Source: Marsupella aquatica (lineage: Eukaryota > Plantae > Marchantiophyta). From it: DNA of 64,000 bases. Numbering within the stretch: position 1 is the stretch's first letter; every line of letters starts with the position of its first letter. Shown here piece after piece: positions 10,751 to 22,126 of this stretch. The stretch lies in NCBI GenBank assembly GCA_973895155.1, contig OZ316899.1:3245455-3309454 (forward strand). Direction: 5' to 3'. The position numbers were made by a program, and so were the translations under genes. The notes beneath the pieces were generated by a model. The model worked only from the letters and a program-made list of their open reading frames with translations. It did not search any database and was not told the DNA's origin.

Positions 10751-12042
10751 TTGGTGGAGAGTTGGGAACTACAGCTTGGCCCTAAGTTGACAGGGGAGGA
10801 GAGACGTCGCATACATCAAATCTTGAAGAGTTACCAAAATTGTTTTGCATTTAGCATGAAGGATTTGGGGACATTAAAGGGTCCTGGTATTCAAATTGAA
10901 TTGGCTAGTGATGCGCCAATCTTTTGTAGGCCATACCGTTACAGTGACATGGAGAGAGCTCTGATTCAAAGCAGAACTCAAGATTTGTTGGAGGCTGGAT
11001 TGGTGGAGATTTCATATGGGAAGTATGCATCTGCCACAGTGATGCCAGCCAAGAAGGATGTGCATGGCAATTACACAGATAGGCGCATGTGTGGTGATTA
11101 CATACCCATTAATTGTCAGACAAAATCTGATAGATATGCCATGCCCACACCTGAGGAGATCTTTGATGTTGTGGGGCATGCAAAGGTTTTCAGTTCATTG
11201 GATCTGAGGGCAAGGTACCATCAGCTTCCAATTAGGCATGCTGACAGGTCCAAGACAACATTCTGGGGGATTGATTCTTGTGGCAAAGATCGTTTGTATC
11301 AGTGGTTATTCTTACCATTTGGGTTGAAGAATGCACTAGCTGAGTTCCAGAGAGTCATGGATCGAATCCTTGCAAGTTTGGATTTTGTCAGATGTTATAT
11401 TGATGATATTTTGGTCTATTCTTCTACTGTGGAAGAACATCAGCAGCACTTGCAGATTGTGTTGGAGAGATTGAGAGCACATGGGTTGAAGCTCCATCCT
11501 AGCAAGTGTAAGTTCTTCCTAAACCAGATTGAGTATTTGGGTCACACTATATACCCAGGGGGATTGGGTGTACAGCAGACTAAAGTGGAGGCCATTACAC
11601 AGATTCCTTGTCCTACTGATGTGAGTAGAGTTTGTACATTCTTGGGATTGGCGAGCTACTACAGGAGGTATGTTAAAGGATTTACCCAGCTTGCTAAACC
11701 TTTGACCATACTCACTAAGTTGGATCAGGAATGGATTTGGGGTGATGACCAGGAGCATGCCTTTCAGGAGTTGAAGCAAAGGTTGGCATCATCCCCTATT
11801 TTGAGAAGACCCATTTCAGGCAGACCATTTCAATTACACATTGATTGGAGTGGAGTAGGACTTGGAGCAGTGCTAACTCAGAAGGATGATGAGGGGAATG
11901 AGTTTGTTGTGGCTTATGCCAGTAGATCAAACAATTCAGCAGAGGCTAAGTATAGCTCTTATGAGGGAGAGTGTTTGGCAGCAATGTGAGCTGTTGCACA
12001 CTTTGGTTGCTACTTGTTTGGTAACCCCTTCACCTTGATCAC
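10751..12042 (+). pseudogene. pol: Gypsy RT (YIDD intact) and N-terminal RNase H
   Basis: RMCGDY, KVFSSLDLRARYHQL, LPFGLKNA, CYIDDILVYS, FLGLASYYRRYV, FQLHIDWSGVGLGAVL, YSSYEGECLA. TGG>TGA stop at 11987. Confidence 0.95.
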
Positions 12043-13017
12043 TGTCACACCCATAACCCGGGCCTTAAATCCGAGTTATTTCCTTGGGGCGACCGCAACC
12101 ACCAGTAGGGGTGAGGGTTTGGGCAAGGAGGTGTGTAGTTGTCCTAATTAGCCCTAAATTGGGCTAAGTCAATATACTTACCGGTATAATACTTACACGA
12201 CTCGCATTGATCATAGGTATATTTGTTTCCACCGCTGGAATATTCCCACAGTTAGTGACTCGGACTAACTCCCGGCTTGGGGCTTTCAAGCCATCAACGC
12301 GACAAAACCTTGTGACATGCAATTGGTGGCAATCCCTACCATTAGTCTACACCCGGTACGTCCCTTGAAATGGCGCCTTTGCCCAGACAAAGCATACACA
12401 CAACACCAGTTACACGCGGTAGAATCAGAGGGAAAAGACTACATTTACTCAGCAAAAAATCAGTTTACATAGTTGACTCGACTTCTAAGGGGGTCAGCAG
12501 GCCTAACGGCAATCGATGCCCAGTCTCTACGAGGCCCCGCCTTGCACTTGCCCCGCATGCTTGACTCTTGCTCTCACTCCTTAGTGCACTCTGACCCTGC
12601 TCAGGCCGGGACTCCCCGTGCCTTGCCTTTTCTTGCACTAAGATAACTAAGCCTTCTCCCTGTCCTACAGCAGAAGGGGAAGCCTAAATACTACGTTTGC
12701 GGAAAGGAGCCGGAAGATACTACCTCCCGGGGTAATGCCTACTGACTAACTACCTTCTGACTAACCGGCCGCACTCCTCTGACCGGTTGACCGTCAGTGG
12801 CGGGGGCGCTGATCGGGGTGGCAGTAGCTAAGTCTACTGACCAAAATTCTAGTCCATTGATGGACTCTATCCTACGTCGGCTGATCCTAATTGATCCTGT
12901 CCTAATTCTTCCTTCGGCGCCTAATGACAGCTATTTTGTTGTTAAGTCTAATAAAATAGATGCTGCTGACTCAACTGCCTCGCGCAGCGCCTACTCACAC
13001 CCTTTGCTAACCACCCC

Positions 13018-15482
13018 TTACATGCATGCTGTGGTTGGACCAGGGTTTGTCCCCTTGTCGGGGCGAGACCTCAACCTGCCTTGATCAGAGGTGAGTCCAG
13101 GTCTTGCCCACTGGAGGACGAGCAGGGTAATGCGATCCTACAAGGCCTTGTTATCCCGTACCGCCTCCTCTGCCTCATTTGCAGCTTTGTCGGCCTTGGT
13201 CTGAAGCCATGCTACCTCTAGGCTAAGCTAGCCGATGGAGTCACGATGGGCCTGGTCCTGCGCCAGCAATTTATCTCGCTCGACGGAGAGACTAGCCACC
13301 TGCTGAGCTGCTTGCAAGAGTTGGTTGTTGAGGTCGGTCAGGCTGGTAACCCAAGCCGAGGATTATGAGTGCAATTGAAGCATGGTGTCGTCCAGCTTCT
13401 TGAGATCTGCTTGCGCCGCGCTCAACTCTTGGCTTAGTCCATCCCGTTGTTCAACGGTTCAAACTAACTCCTCACGGCGGGTAGTGGCCTCCTCTTCGAG
13501 GTGTTCTACTAGCATTTGGAGGCGCCTGATCTCGTTCCCCTTTGCCATGAGTTCTTCCTCCAAGCGGCTTACGATCTGCAGTTGGTGCTCTAACATGAAG
13601 AAGGTTGGTTGGAAGTACGCCGAGACCTATTGTCCGATGTACGTTGCCAGCTCCCCTGATAGAGTCTGACTAAACTTCTGGACCAGGTCGTAGGCCATGG
13701 TCCTCGCGGCTACTTGGTAGTCCTCCATCCTCTCGGGCACCAGTGGTTCCTCGGGCGGGGCGGCGAGCTCCTCCGTAGTCTGCAATGGGGAGGGGAAGGT
13801 TTCTTCAGGTGGTGGAGGGATTGGGGGTGGTTGTACTGGGGGTAGCGGAGGCTCGACTGAAGGGGGCGGTGGAATTTCAACGGGAGGAGGTGGTAGAGTA
13901 TTAGCCGGGGCCACAGGCTTGTGGTTTGCTTGAGGCGTGGTAGTCCGCTCGCTCGGGGTAGCCTCCTCCGGAGCGGGGGTGACACTAGTTGGGGCTGAGG
14001 TGGCCATATTCTTTCCCTTGGCCTCCCGCCACGCTTTGTACTAGGCGAGGATGATGGCGATGTGACTTCCCAGGTAGGTCCTTCCTCTGATAGACATACC
14101 TCCTTGAGTCCGCCTAAGCTCCCCTGAGACTGCGGTAAAAGAATTGGGCCCAGTTCCGTCGTTTGTACTGTTCCACCTGTACGATCGTATAGAGGGAGAT
14201 CTCGGATCGTGGCTCAATCATGTGTAGGGTAGTCCGTATGAAGTTAAGCCGCTCCATACAGACTAAGTTGGTGCATGACCCTTGCTTGTACCCATTGTCC
14301 GTCTTACCCTCGGGTTTGAAGTGTCGGGGTGTATACTCTTTATCCCGAATTTGGAGTTCAACCGACACCGGCCCGCTTGGCAGACAAATTAAAAGATATG
14401 TGCCAACCGATGCTCCGTAAGTGATAAGGTCTGCCCTGAAACCTTGGTGATCGCTGCGTCAGTGTTGAAGTTGGATATGAACTCATAAACCTCCCTTGGT
14501 CCGACTGCGTTAAGTCTCCATAGCAAGTGAGCAAACTGCTCCAACTGATGCTCCTTGAGATAGTCCGCGTGGTTGGGTTTCTTGATCGCGGTCCAGACAA
14601 CCTCGGGGACGTGGATTACCTGTAATAAGTTAGGCTGTTGATTATCCGAGGGCCATCGAGTCTGGTTGGTCGGTGGGTTAGCCTGGGCAGGTGTAGGGGC
14701 GGCGTTGGTTTGCGTTGTTGGTTCGGGGGCCGGCGTCGTCCTTGCCCGCTTCCAAGAACGCTACTCAAGCTGCGGACTAACACTGAACCCAAGGAACACT
14801 CGGTGTTGTTCACGGGACGGACTTGGGACCGGTTAGGTGGTACGCCGGTGGTCATCGGCTGAGGGGCTAGGGGTGGCGTCGGGGTGGCCATATCCCAGTT
14901 GAAGGCATTGGAGCTTTCCCCGAGGAACGTAAGATTACGCGTCGCTTCCTGTTGTCTGTTGATGTCTTCTTCATGCTTCTCGGTTGCAATCTGCTGGTCG
15001 ATGTATCCTGGGATCTTGTCAAACTCCATTGGAGTCAGCCTCTGGCTGCCCCTCAGCCTAAAGAACTTTGCGGGGACTTCAAGAATTGCCTCTGCTACCA
15101 ATCTAAACCCCTCCTCGCTGATATATAGCTCGGTGATGTAGCCCCGCAACTCGTTGTAGCTGGAATCCCTGGTAATGGCTGTCTTCTCACAGTTAACCTG
15201 TGCTACCCTGGCCACCAACTTCACGTATCTTTGTTTGTAAGCGGCTTTCTCGGGGCAAGAGTACCAATAAGTCTCGGAGAACTTAGCACCTACCTTGCCA
15301 AACAAGGTCCAAAATCCCAAGGCTGTAAGGGTCATACTAACCTTTGTAGTCTGGTTTGTCGAGTCCGCGTTCCCGCTCGGCCGGTTCGCTCCCTGGTGGA
15401 GGCCTTACTTGTCCTGACTAAACCCCGCCACAATCCGCTCTTACCCCTCGATAATTTCCTCGTAAAAGTTAACTTGATTTGA
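13018..15482 (-). pseudogene. LTR-borne accessory gene, degraded copy
   Basis: Fragments MTLTALGFWTLFGKVGAK..., ...IEPRSEISLYTIVQVEQYKRRNWAQFFY..., ...EETFPSP...MAYDLVQKFSQTLSGELATYIGQ match ORFs 40387-41643 and 39247-40326. Several C>T/G>A stops. Confidence 0.9.
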
Positions 15483-15833
15483 GCAAAAGGCGAGAGTGAA
15501 TGGCAGCGTCCGCGAATTCCAAAAGGTATGAATGAGCAAATGGGCCACAGCGCCATCGACTCAACTCTTATGGAGGTGCCGGGGTGAGCTCAAGCGTGAG
15601 AAGGCGAGGCCGTTTTGGTCGTTGATAATGACCCAAAGTTGGGTGTCTCGGTCCAAGCGTGATCTCCTAACAGATTTTTACTCCGCCACCGCCACCGTAC
15701 CTCGGTCAATCGTAATAATCCCTTTTCCTTAATTCGTAATCATTCAATCAACTAACCTACTCCTAATCTATTCATAATGGCAAAGATGGCTATTCGTGTT
15801 ACTCTACGCTATGGCTATGGTCCTAATGACCAT

Positions 15834-16666
15834 TGTCGCGTGGACTTTAAGTTAGGGGCTCCTCGGGCAAACTACACGCTTCTGGCTGCGATCAGGACAG
15901 GTGACAAGCACTTTTCGGAGCAAACTCTCACTCCTTTTAATTTTTTACTTTTCTCACAAAGGTTACAATAGGTGCCCTCGAGTAAGCTTGCCCGCAAGAG
16001 TCTGGTAGCTGGCCCTACGGCGGGCCGCTACCTCTAACTTGTCGGGTAGAACTCCTCGAGTGACTAACTACTCAAAATCTGACGGAAAAACTATCCTCAG
16101 CTCACAAAACCAAAACTCGACTAGCTACTCCACTAGTCTAAAATAGCTCGCACGGAACTCGGGCCTGGACCAACGAGGCTCCAAACTCGAGAAATTCCCG
16201 CCTGGATCAACGAGACTCCAGACTCAAGAAACTCCCCGCCTGGATCAACGAGACTCCAGACTCGAGAAACTCCCCGCCTGGATCAAAAACTCCTTGCCTG
16301 GATCAAAAACTCACTCCGAACTCCAAAACCAACGCACGACAGCCGAGTTTCGCAGAACGGAGCGTAACTCAACCGACGTCAATAGACAACCGTCAACCTC
16401 AATGAGCCGAGGCTCAAGTCTTAAGTAGCATCAGAAACCCAACCATCCAGCCTGAGCCAGCTGCCATCAGCGAGGCTCATCCAAACTCCAAGCCTGGTGA
16501 CTCACCCAAACACCAAACCTGGTGACGATGAGTCACCCAATCACCAAACCTCAATCCATCCAACCAAGCAGCCCCTCCGAGTCAGCATGCATGCAACCCA
16601 ACCGGGAGGCCTCGTCCATCATCCCCTATAAAAGCCATTCCTGAGCCAAAATCATTCGGCACGACA
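15834..16666. mobile_element. 833-bp solo LTR nested in the solo LTR
   Basis: TGTCGCG...CACGACA termini, flanked by CCAT/TCGT. Removing it restores TGACCGTATAAG as in the young LTR, implying a 4-bp TSD CCGT. Contains ~37-bp tandem repeats (CCTGGATCAACGAGACTCCAGACTC...) at ~16165-16310. Confidence 0.8.
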
Positions 16667-16725
16667 TCGTATAAGTCCTAATCTAGGACTTGCATTTGGT
16701 TAAGTGACATGTTATCCGTGTCACA

Positions 16726-18380
16726 ATCATTGATCATCAGCCTCTTAAGTGGTTAATGGAGTCTGACAAGCTTACAAGGAAGCTTGCACGATGGGCATTG
16801 TTGTTACAAGAGTATGATTTCCAAGTGGTGCATAGGCCTAGAAAAGTGAACTTGGATGCAGATGGATTATGCCGCAATCCATGTACCAATCAACAGGATG
16901 AGACTAGAGCTAGATGGCATGATGAGTCAGATAAGGAGATGGTGCCAGGATGACATGCATCTGCCTTTCTTTGTTGGGTGCCAACATACAGTGGATCTGT
17001 GGACTCTATCTCATTGGATGGAGTGAATGATGAGTCTTCAGATGTGGATGTTGGTGAGGTAACTTCTGGACAACAAGATATTCACAATGATGTGAGAGTG
17101 TTGGAATATTTGCGCAGTGGTTCTATTGTTGGCAGTATTGATACCAAAGAATGTGACAGGATTCTACAGAGAGCCAAGAGGTTTTGATGGGAGGGAAACC
17201 ATCTTTTGAGAGTACTGCATGATGGTAGGGTGTTGGTGGTACCAAAACCATCACAATGAGTACATTTGGTGCAACATGCACATGAGGAGTTGGGTCACTT
17301 TGGTGTGAAGCGCACTTACAGCTTGCTGCAGACACAGTATTGGTGGCGTGGTATGCACACTCATGTCCAACAGTTGATAGCTAAGTGTGTGGTATGTGAT
17401 AGAGTGAGAGCATCATTTAATGCTCACACTCCCCAATTGCACCCGTTGCCGATCATGGGTTTGGGATATCGTTGGAGTTTGGATTTTGCTGGTCCATTAC
17501 CTCTTACCCAATGTCATAATCGGTATGTTTTGGTCATGGTGGAGCACTTCTCCAAGAGGATTGAGCTAGTGGCATTGCCAGATGAAGCCAGTGGAAGAGT
17601 TGCTGCTACATTTTTGGATCGTGTACTCAGTCATTTTGGAGCACCAGCTGAGGTGTTGACTGATCAGGGAACTGAGTTTCGTGGAGAGTTTGAGAGTTTA
17701 TGTGAACAAGCTCTGATTGATCATTGTACTACCTCTCGTGATCATCATGAGGCAGATGGATTAGCTGAGAGAATTGTGCAAACTGTGAAGAGAGGATTGC
17801 GTAAGTATGACTTGCAGGTTGGTCATCTGGGAGATTGGGATCTCCAGCTACCTTGGTTAGCTATGGGCTACCATTTCAGTTGGCAAGCATCACTTGCATC
17901 CTTCTCATCTTACTTTTTGCTCTATGGTAGAGAGCCAGATTTGCCAGATTTGCCAGCAGCTATTCGTTGTGATGCTGCACCTATTGTGAACTTGGATGAT
18001 CCTGATGTTTGGGTCAAGGTGTGTTCAGAGAGAGCACGAGTATTTCAGAGAGTGATGCCCATGGCTTTTGACAAACTTGCAATTGCCCAACATCGTGATA
18101 CTTTGAGGTATGCCACTATTCGTGGAGGAGGTTATTGTGCAAGCATTCGACAATTTCATCTTGGTGATTATGTTTATTTGCAGCAGACAACACCCACAAC
18201 ACTTGATATGACCGCAGGCCAGACAATCTTACGTGTGCGTGAAGTATTGCCTTTTGGTGTCCTGATGTTGGAGGGACGCGATGATATGGTTTGGAAGGAT
18301 CATGTGCGCAACTGTGCTTCATGTCACCTTCCCAACATTGATGGTACAGTAGATCTAAGCTTGGCACATGTTTGTGCTGG
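16726..18380 (+). pseudogene. pol: RNase H end, integrase zinc finger and core
   Basis: DHQPLKWLM, RWALLLQEYDF, HEELGHFG...WWRGM...CVVCDR, WSLDFAGP, LTDQGTEF, DGLAERIVQT. CGA>TGA and TGG>TGA stops. Confidence 0.93.
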
Positions 18381-18387
18381 CTTGAAA

Positions 18388-18527
18388 TGTATGTTGTGTG
18401 GATCTGCTCAAGAAGCAGCTACTATGTTGATTTGTGATAAGTGTTCTAGAGGATGGCACATGTCATGTTGACACCACCATTGTAGGTGATTCTTAATGGA
18501 TCATGGTTGTGTCCTCAGTGTCGGTGA
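18388..18527 (+). pseudogene. PHD finger (C4HC3) at the integrase C-terminus
   Basis: CMLCGSAQEAATMLICDKCSRGWHMSC then, after a 1-nt shift, LTPPL*VILNGSWLCPQCR*. Confidence 0.9.
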
Positions 18528-18702
18528 AGCCGACTAGTTATCATTTGTGTTCTCTTGGTAGATATGGATTGCAGGTAGGTGATTGATGAGGCTCACTTGC
18601 ACCCGGCCTCTTGATCTTCATACCTAAAAAAGTGTATATCAACCTTCTAGAACTCATGGCTAGCTAGAGTTAGGGGACCTTACTCCCATCTAAGGGAGCA
18701 AT

Positions 18703-19305
18703 TGTGGGTTTTGGACATGTGTGGACATGAGTTCCACTTGTATTCCATTCTCTTGTGTTTGTGATGTGGCAGTGTGACTATGTCTGGATGTATGTGACAA
18801 GCGATGTATGTTGTGTAGCGATGTGTATGCGCACGATAACTGTCACACCATTCTAGGTAGTGTTAGAGTGTATCGTACTATCTAGATCCGTATGTTTGGT
18901 ATGTGTGCTATATGAGCCGATAAGGTTCCATCAAGTTTGTGTGAGAGGGTACTTCTCACTCGTGAGGCATTGAAAGGTCATCTTTCAATGTTGGGCCTTG
19001 GAGAGAGAGGAGCTTGAGTGTGGCTATGGTGGCTGTGAGCTCTGCTTGTGTAACATGGATTCCTTGAGTAGTGCAAGGTGCGTTGGCTTAACATACGTGT
19101 GTGATCGGATCGGTGCGGGATCGATGGGGTATTGTTGACCGAGATCATTGTGCCGATTGTATTGAGATTATTGTGGGTTTTGGACATGTGTGGACATGAG
19201 TTCCACTTGTATTCCATTCTCTTGTGTTTGTGATGTGGCAGTGTGACTATGTCTGGATGTACACAACAAGCGATGTATGTTGTGTAGCGATGTGTATGCG
19301 CACGA
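18703..19305 (+). repeat. 3' LTR region of the DNMT/PHD Gypsy with a 134-bp direct repeat (18703-18836 and 19172-19305)
   Basis: Starts TG after the PPT; the second copy is cut off just before the element starting at 19317. Confidence 0.7.
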
Positions 19306-20574
19306 CAGTTGCCAGTTGGTGGCGCGCCCATTATGCGCGATAGGATCCGGGTTGGGGCCAAATGTTTAGGGACCAAAGTTGGTCCGGGGGTGGCAGGTCT
19401 CCAGAAGCATATATGAGGGGAGTGGTGTCTCCCTGGGGGCTAAGGGCGAGCCGAAGTCATGAGCCGCGGCGGTCGCGACACTAAGGGAAACCGCCAAACG
19501 AAAACAACGATATCTTCCCAACGAGAAGTCCGTTGGAGGACTTCTTGGGTGTGTTGGAAAGCCCTCAAGGAGGGCTATGTCCTCCTGAGCTTAGCTGGGT
19601 CGGGGGAAACCATGGGTTCTCGGGGTTTGCGGGGTGTTAACTCGCCCGCTTGCCAAATCTTGCTGAACAGCAGCCAAACCACGTTCAGTCTCCCAAGGGA
19701 GCTTGCGTTAGGGAGGCAAGCCCAAGTAGGTGTGGAGGTGGAGTTCCAAGAGTGCTTGATCCCTAGACCGTCAGTGAGGAAAATTGGGAGTTGGTGGCTA
19801 GAGTCGGGGTCATTCTGGTCCCGGCGTGTTGGGACAAGCTTTAGGACAGGCTACGCTATTTGGGCCATGAGCATGTCCTAGGGTCAGGGCGGTCTTTTGG
19901 TGATGGATAGGTACGAGGGGGAACCCGGGCCATGCCCAAGGAAGGATTTGTTTTGGACAAACAGTGGGCGTGGGTTTTGGTTCCGGCTTATGGCATTGGG
20001 AGGACCTATCGTTGACCTATTTACCAATGTCTGTTGAGCTTGAGTTAGGATGCTAGACTTGGCGAGATCTAGATCCTGAAGGGTTACCAAGGTGCTTGGT
20101 TGCTTGTGCAGACAATGAGGACCGTTGAGTAGCGATTGCGTTGGAGAGCAAGTGCGGCTTTGTATGGGAGGGGTTGCTGGTGGTGCAAGGGGCACTAGGG
20201 TGCTTGCTTGAGGTATTCTGTGGAGGCGTTTGAGCACCAGGGGCACTTAGGCGTGGGTGTTGGGATTGGTGAGGGCGCTGGGTGGTTAGGTCCACCACTT
20301 GGTATTAGAGCAATTGTTGGCATAGACACCGGGCCGGGGTCGTGTTAAGTCAGAATCCAAAAATCTTAACAGATTTTTGCGGGGACTTAGTGTGTCAACA
20401 TGTCCGGCGGGTCGATTGCAGGCAAATTTGGTCACTATGGACATGGCTAAAAGCACTCGTTCAAAGAGTGGCAAATAGGCTCCCCCCACCAAGGGGAGAG
20501 CCCAGGTTCCAAAAGAACAGAAGGAAGACGGGTCAACTTCCCTAGACAAACGTTACAAGCAAGACGATGAGGAC

Positions 20575-22126
20575 GTGGCGGCCAAACCGTCGACCGCCGT
20601 TGCAAACACGGCGAGTGAGGAGCAACATCAACTTAAAGGGAAGGAGGTGGCTGATCCTTCAAAGGACCCGTCGAGCGACGACGGCTCCGACTCAGATGGA
20701 AGCGACGACAATGCCAAAGCTGAATCGGAGGAAGGGGGTCAGGACCCGGAAGAGGAACTGATCCCAGCCTTGAGAGGGTTGAACGCGGAACCAGAAGATG
20801 ATGTTGAGCCGGATGTCATAGTGGATAATTTGACTAAGCAAAACCAAGGCGACGCGGGTGATGCCTCAGTCCCGAGAAGTCATGGTGCTTTCAAAACGCG
20901 GGGAGTATCACCAAAATCCACAAAGGAACCTAAGGATAGGCGGCCCGCAAAGGAAAGACGGTTGGAGGACCGTCCTCACACAACCCGCAAGGGCCCAGCC
21001 ACTGACGATGGATTGGGTCCATTGACTCAAGACCAACGACTCATTTATGAGCAGCTGGAACACAACAAGGAGGCCCAGATTAAGTACTTGCTTAGTCTGG
21101 GTAGTCAGAGTGCGACGCGTCCCAAAGGGGGAATGGTAGTTGGACGGAGTATGTTCCAAGTGAACCAGCTACCGACTCCTCCAACTTACGACGGGGCTTA
21201 TGAGCAAAGTGGACAAAAGTTCCTGAGTTGGCTCTCCACGATGGAGATTCATCTCCAAGCGTGCGTTGAGCGATCCACTTGGGCTACCGTAGTCGCTCCT
21301 TACCTGAAGGACTATACCTTGACTTGGTACAAGTCATGGAAGAAGTTGAGGGAAGACTCCTGCTTGCCATTAACTTGGGAAAACCTGGTTGAGGGTCTCC
21401 GTGCTCATGTCACCACTAAGTACCCAGAGCGGCACGCTCAGAAATGTGTAACGGAGATGAGCTTCAGGGGTGATATCCAAAAGTTCATCACGTATCATGA
21501 GAACCAGTTGGCGTGTATCCCGGGTGGGCAAGAGACCCTACGTACGCAGCTTCATAACTTTATAGTGAAGCTCCCGCCGTTGCTCAGGGAAAAGTTACAA
21601 GAAAAGCATCATGAGTTTAAAACGCTTTCTAACGCCTTCGACAAGGCCACTACGTTGGTGAATAACCGGCCGGACTTGGCAAAGGTGGGTGGCAAGAGAT
21701 CCGAGGGGGAAGCTGGGAAAAGCAAAAGGTCCCGGGAATAAGCGTATTCAACCTGAGGGGGTGTGGGCCGGTGGTTTGGATCCCCAACCCCAGAATGGAG
21801 AAGCTAAGCGAAACCGAAAGGCCAACAACTTCAAGAAAGGAACCTCATTGGCGCAAAAAGCAAATAAGCAGGCACTCATGGAACAGAGGCGGGCGGAAGG
21901 TTCATGCTTCACGTGTGGTGCCATGCGCCATCAAAGTAAGGATTGTTCCACGAAAGGTGGCAAGCCAAGTGGAGATGGAGGGCAAAAGAGCATTAAGGTA
22001 AGTATTGCTCTAATCGAACCCTTAGTAGCTGACAAGGTCCCTGTAGGGGATGTTCCCGCCGGAGAGAAGGTGTTGTTGCGAGAGAAGATACCTAAAGTTA
22101 AGACAATGGATCCTGAATTTTTGTGA
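20575..22126 (+). pseudogene. gag: Gag (retrotransposon capsid plus CCHC knuckle), frameshifted
   Basis: LSWLSTMEIHLQAC...YLKDYTLTWYKSW; CFTCGAMRHQSKDC. Confidence 0.85.

Larger units (their letters stand above)
12043..16725 (-). mobile_element. Older solo LTR of the same family as element 38264-52028
   Basis: Colinear with LTR 38264-42101 from TGTCACACC to GTGTCACA. TSD ATCAC (12038-42) / ATCAT (16726-30), inserted in the RNase H coding region. Confidence 0.93.
10308..19305 (+). mobile_element. Degenerate 5'-truncated Ty3/Gypsy element with DNMT-RT-RNaseH-integrase-PHD polyprotein, interrupted by a solo LTR
   Basis: Continuous pol domains. RNase H reads FTLITDHQPLKWLM once the 12043-16725 insertion is removed. 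PPT-like AAGGGAGCA at 18692-18700, then an LTR-like region starting TGTGGG at 18703. Confidence 0.88.
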
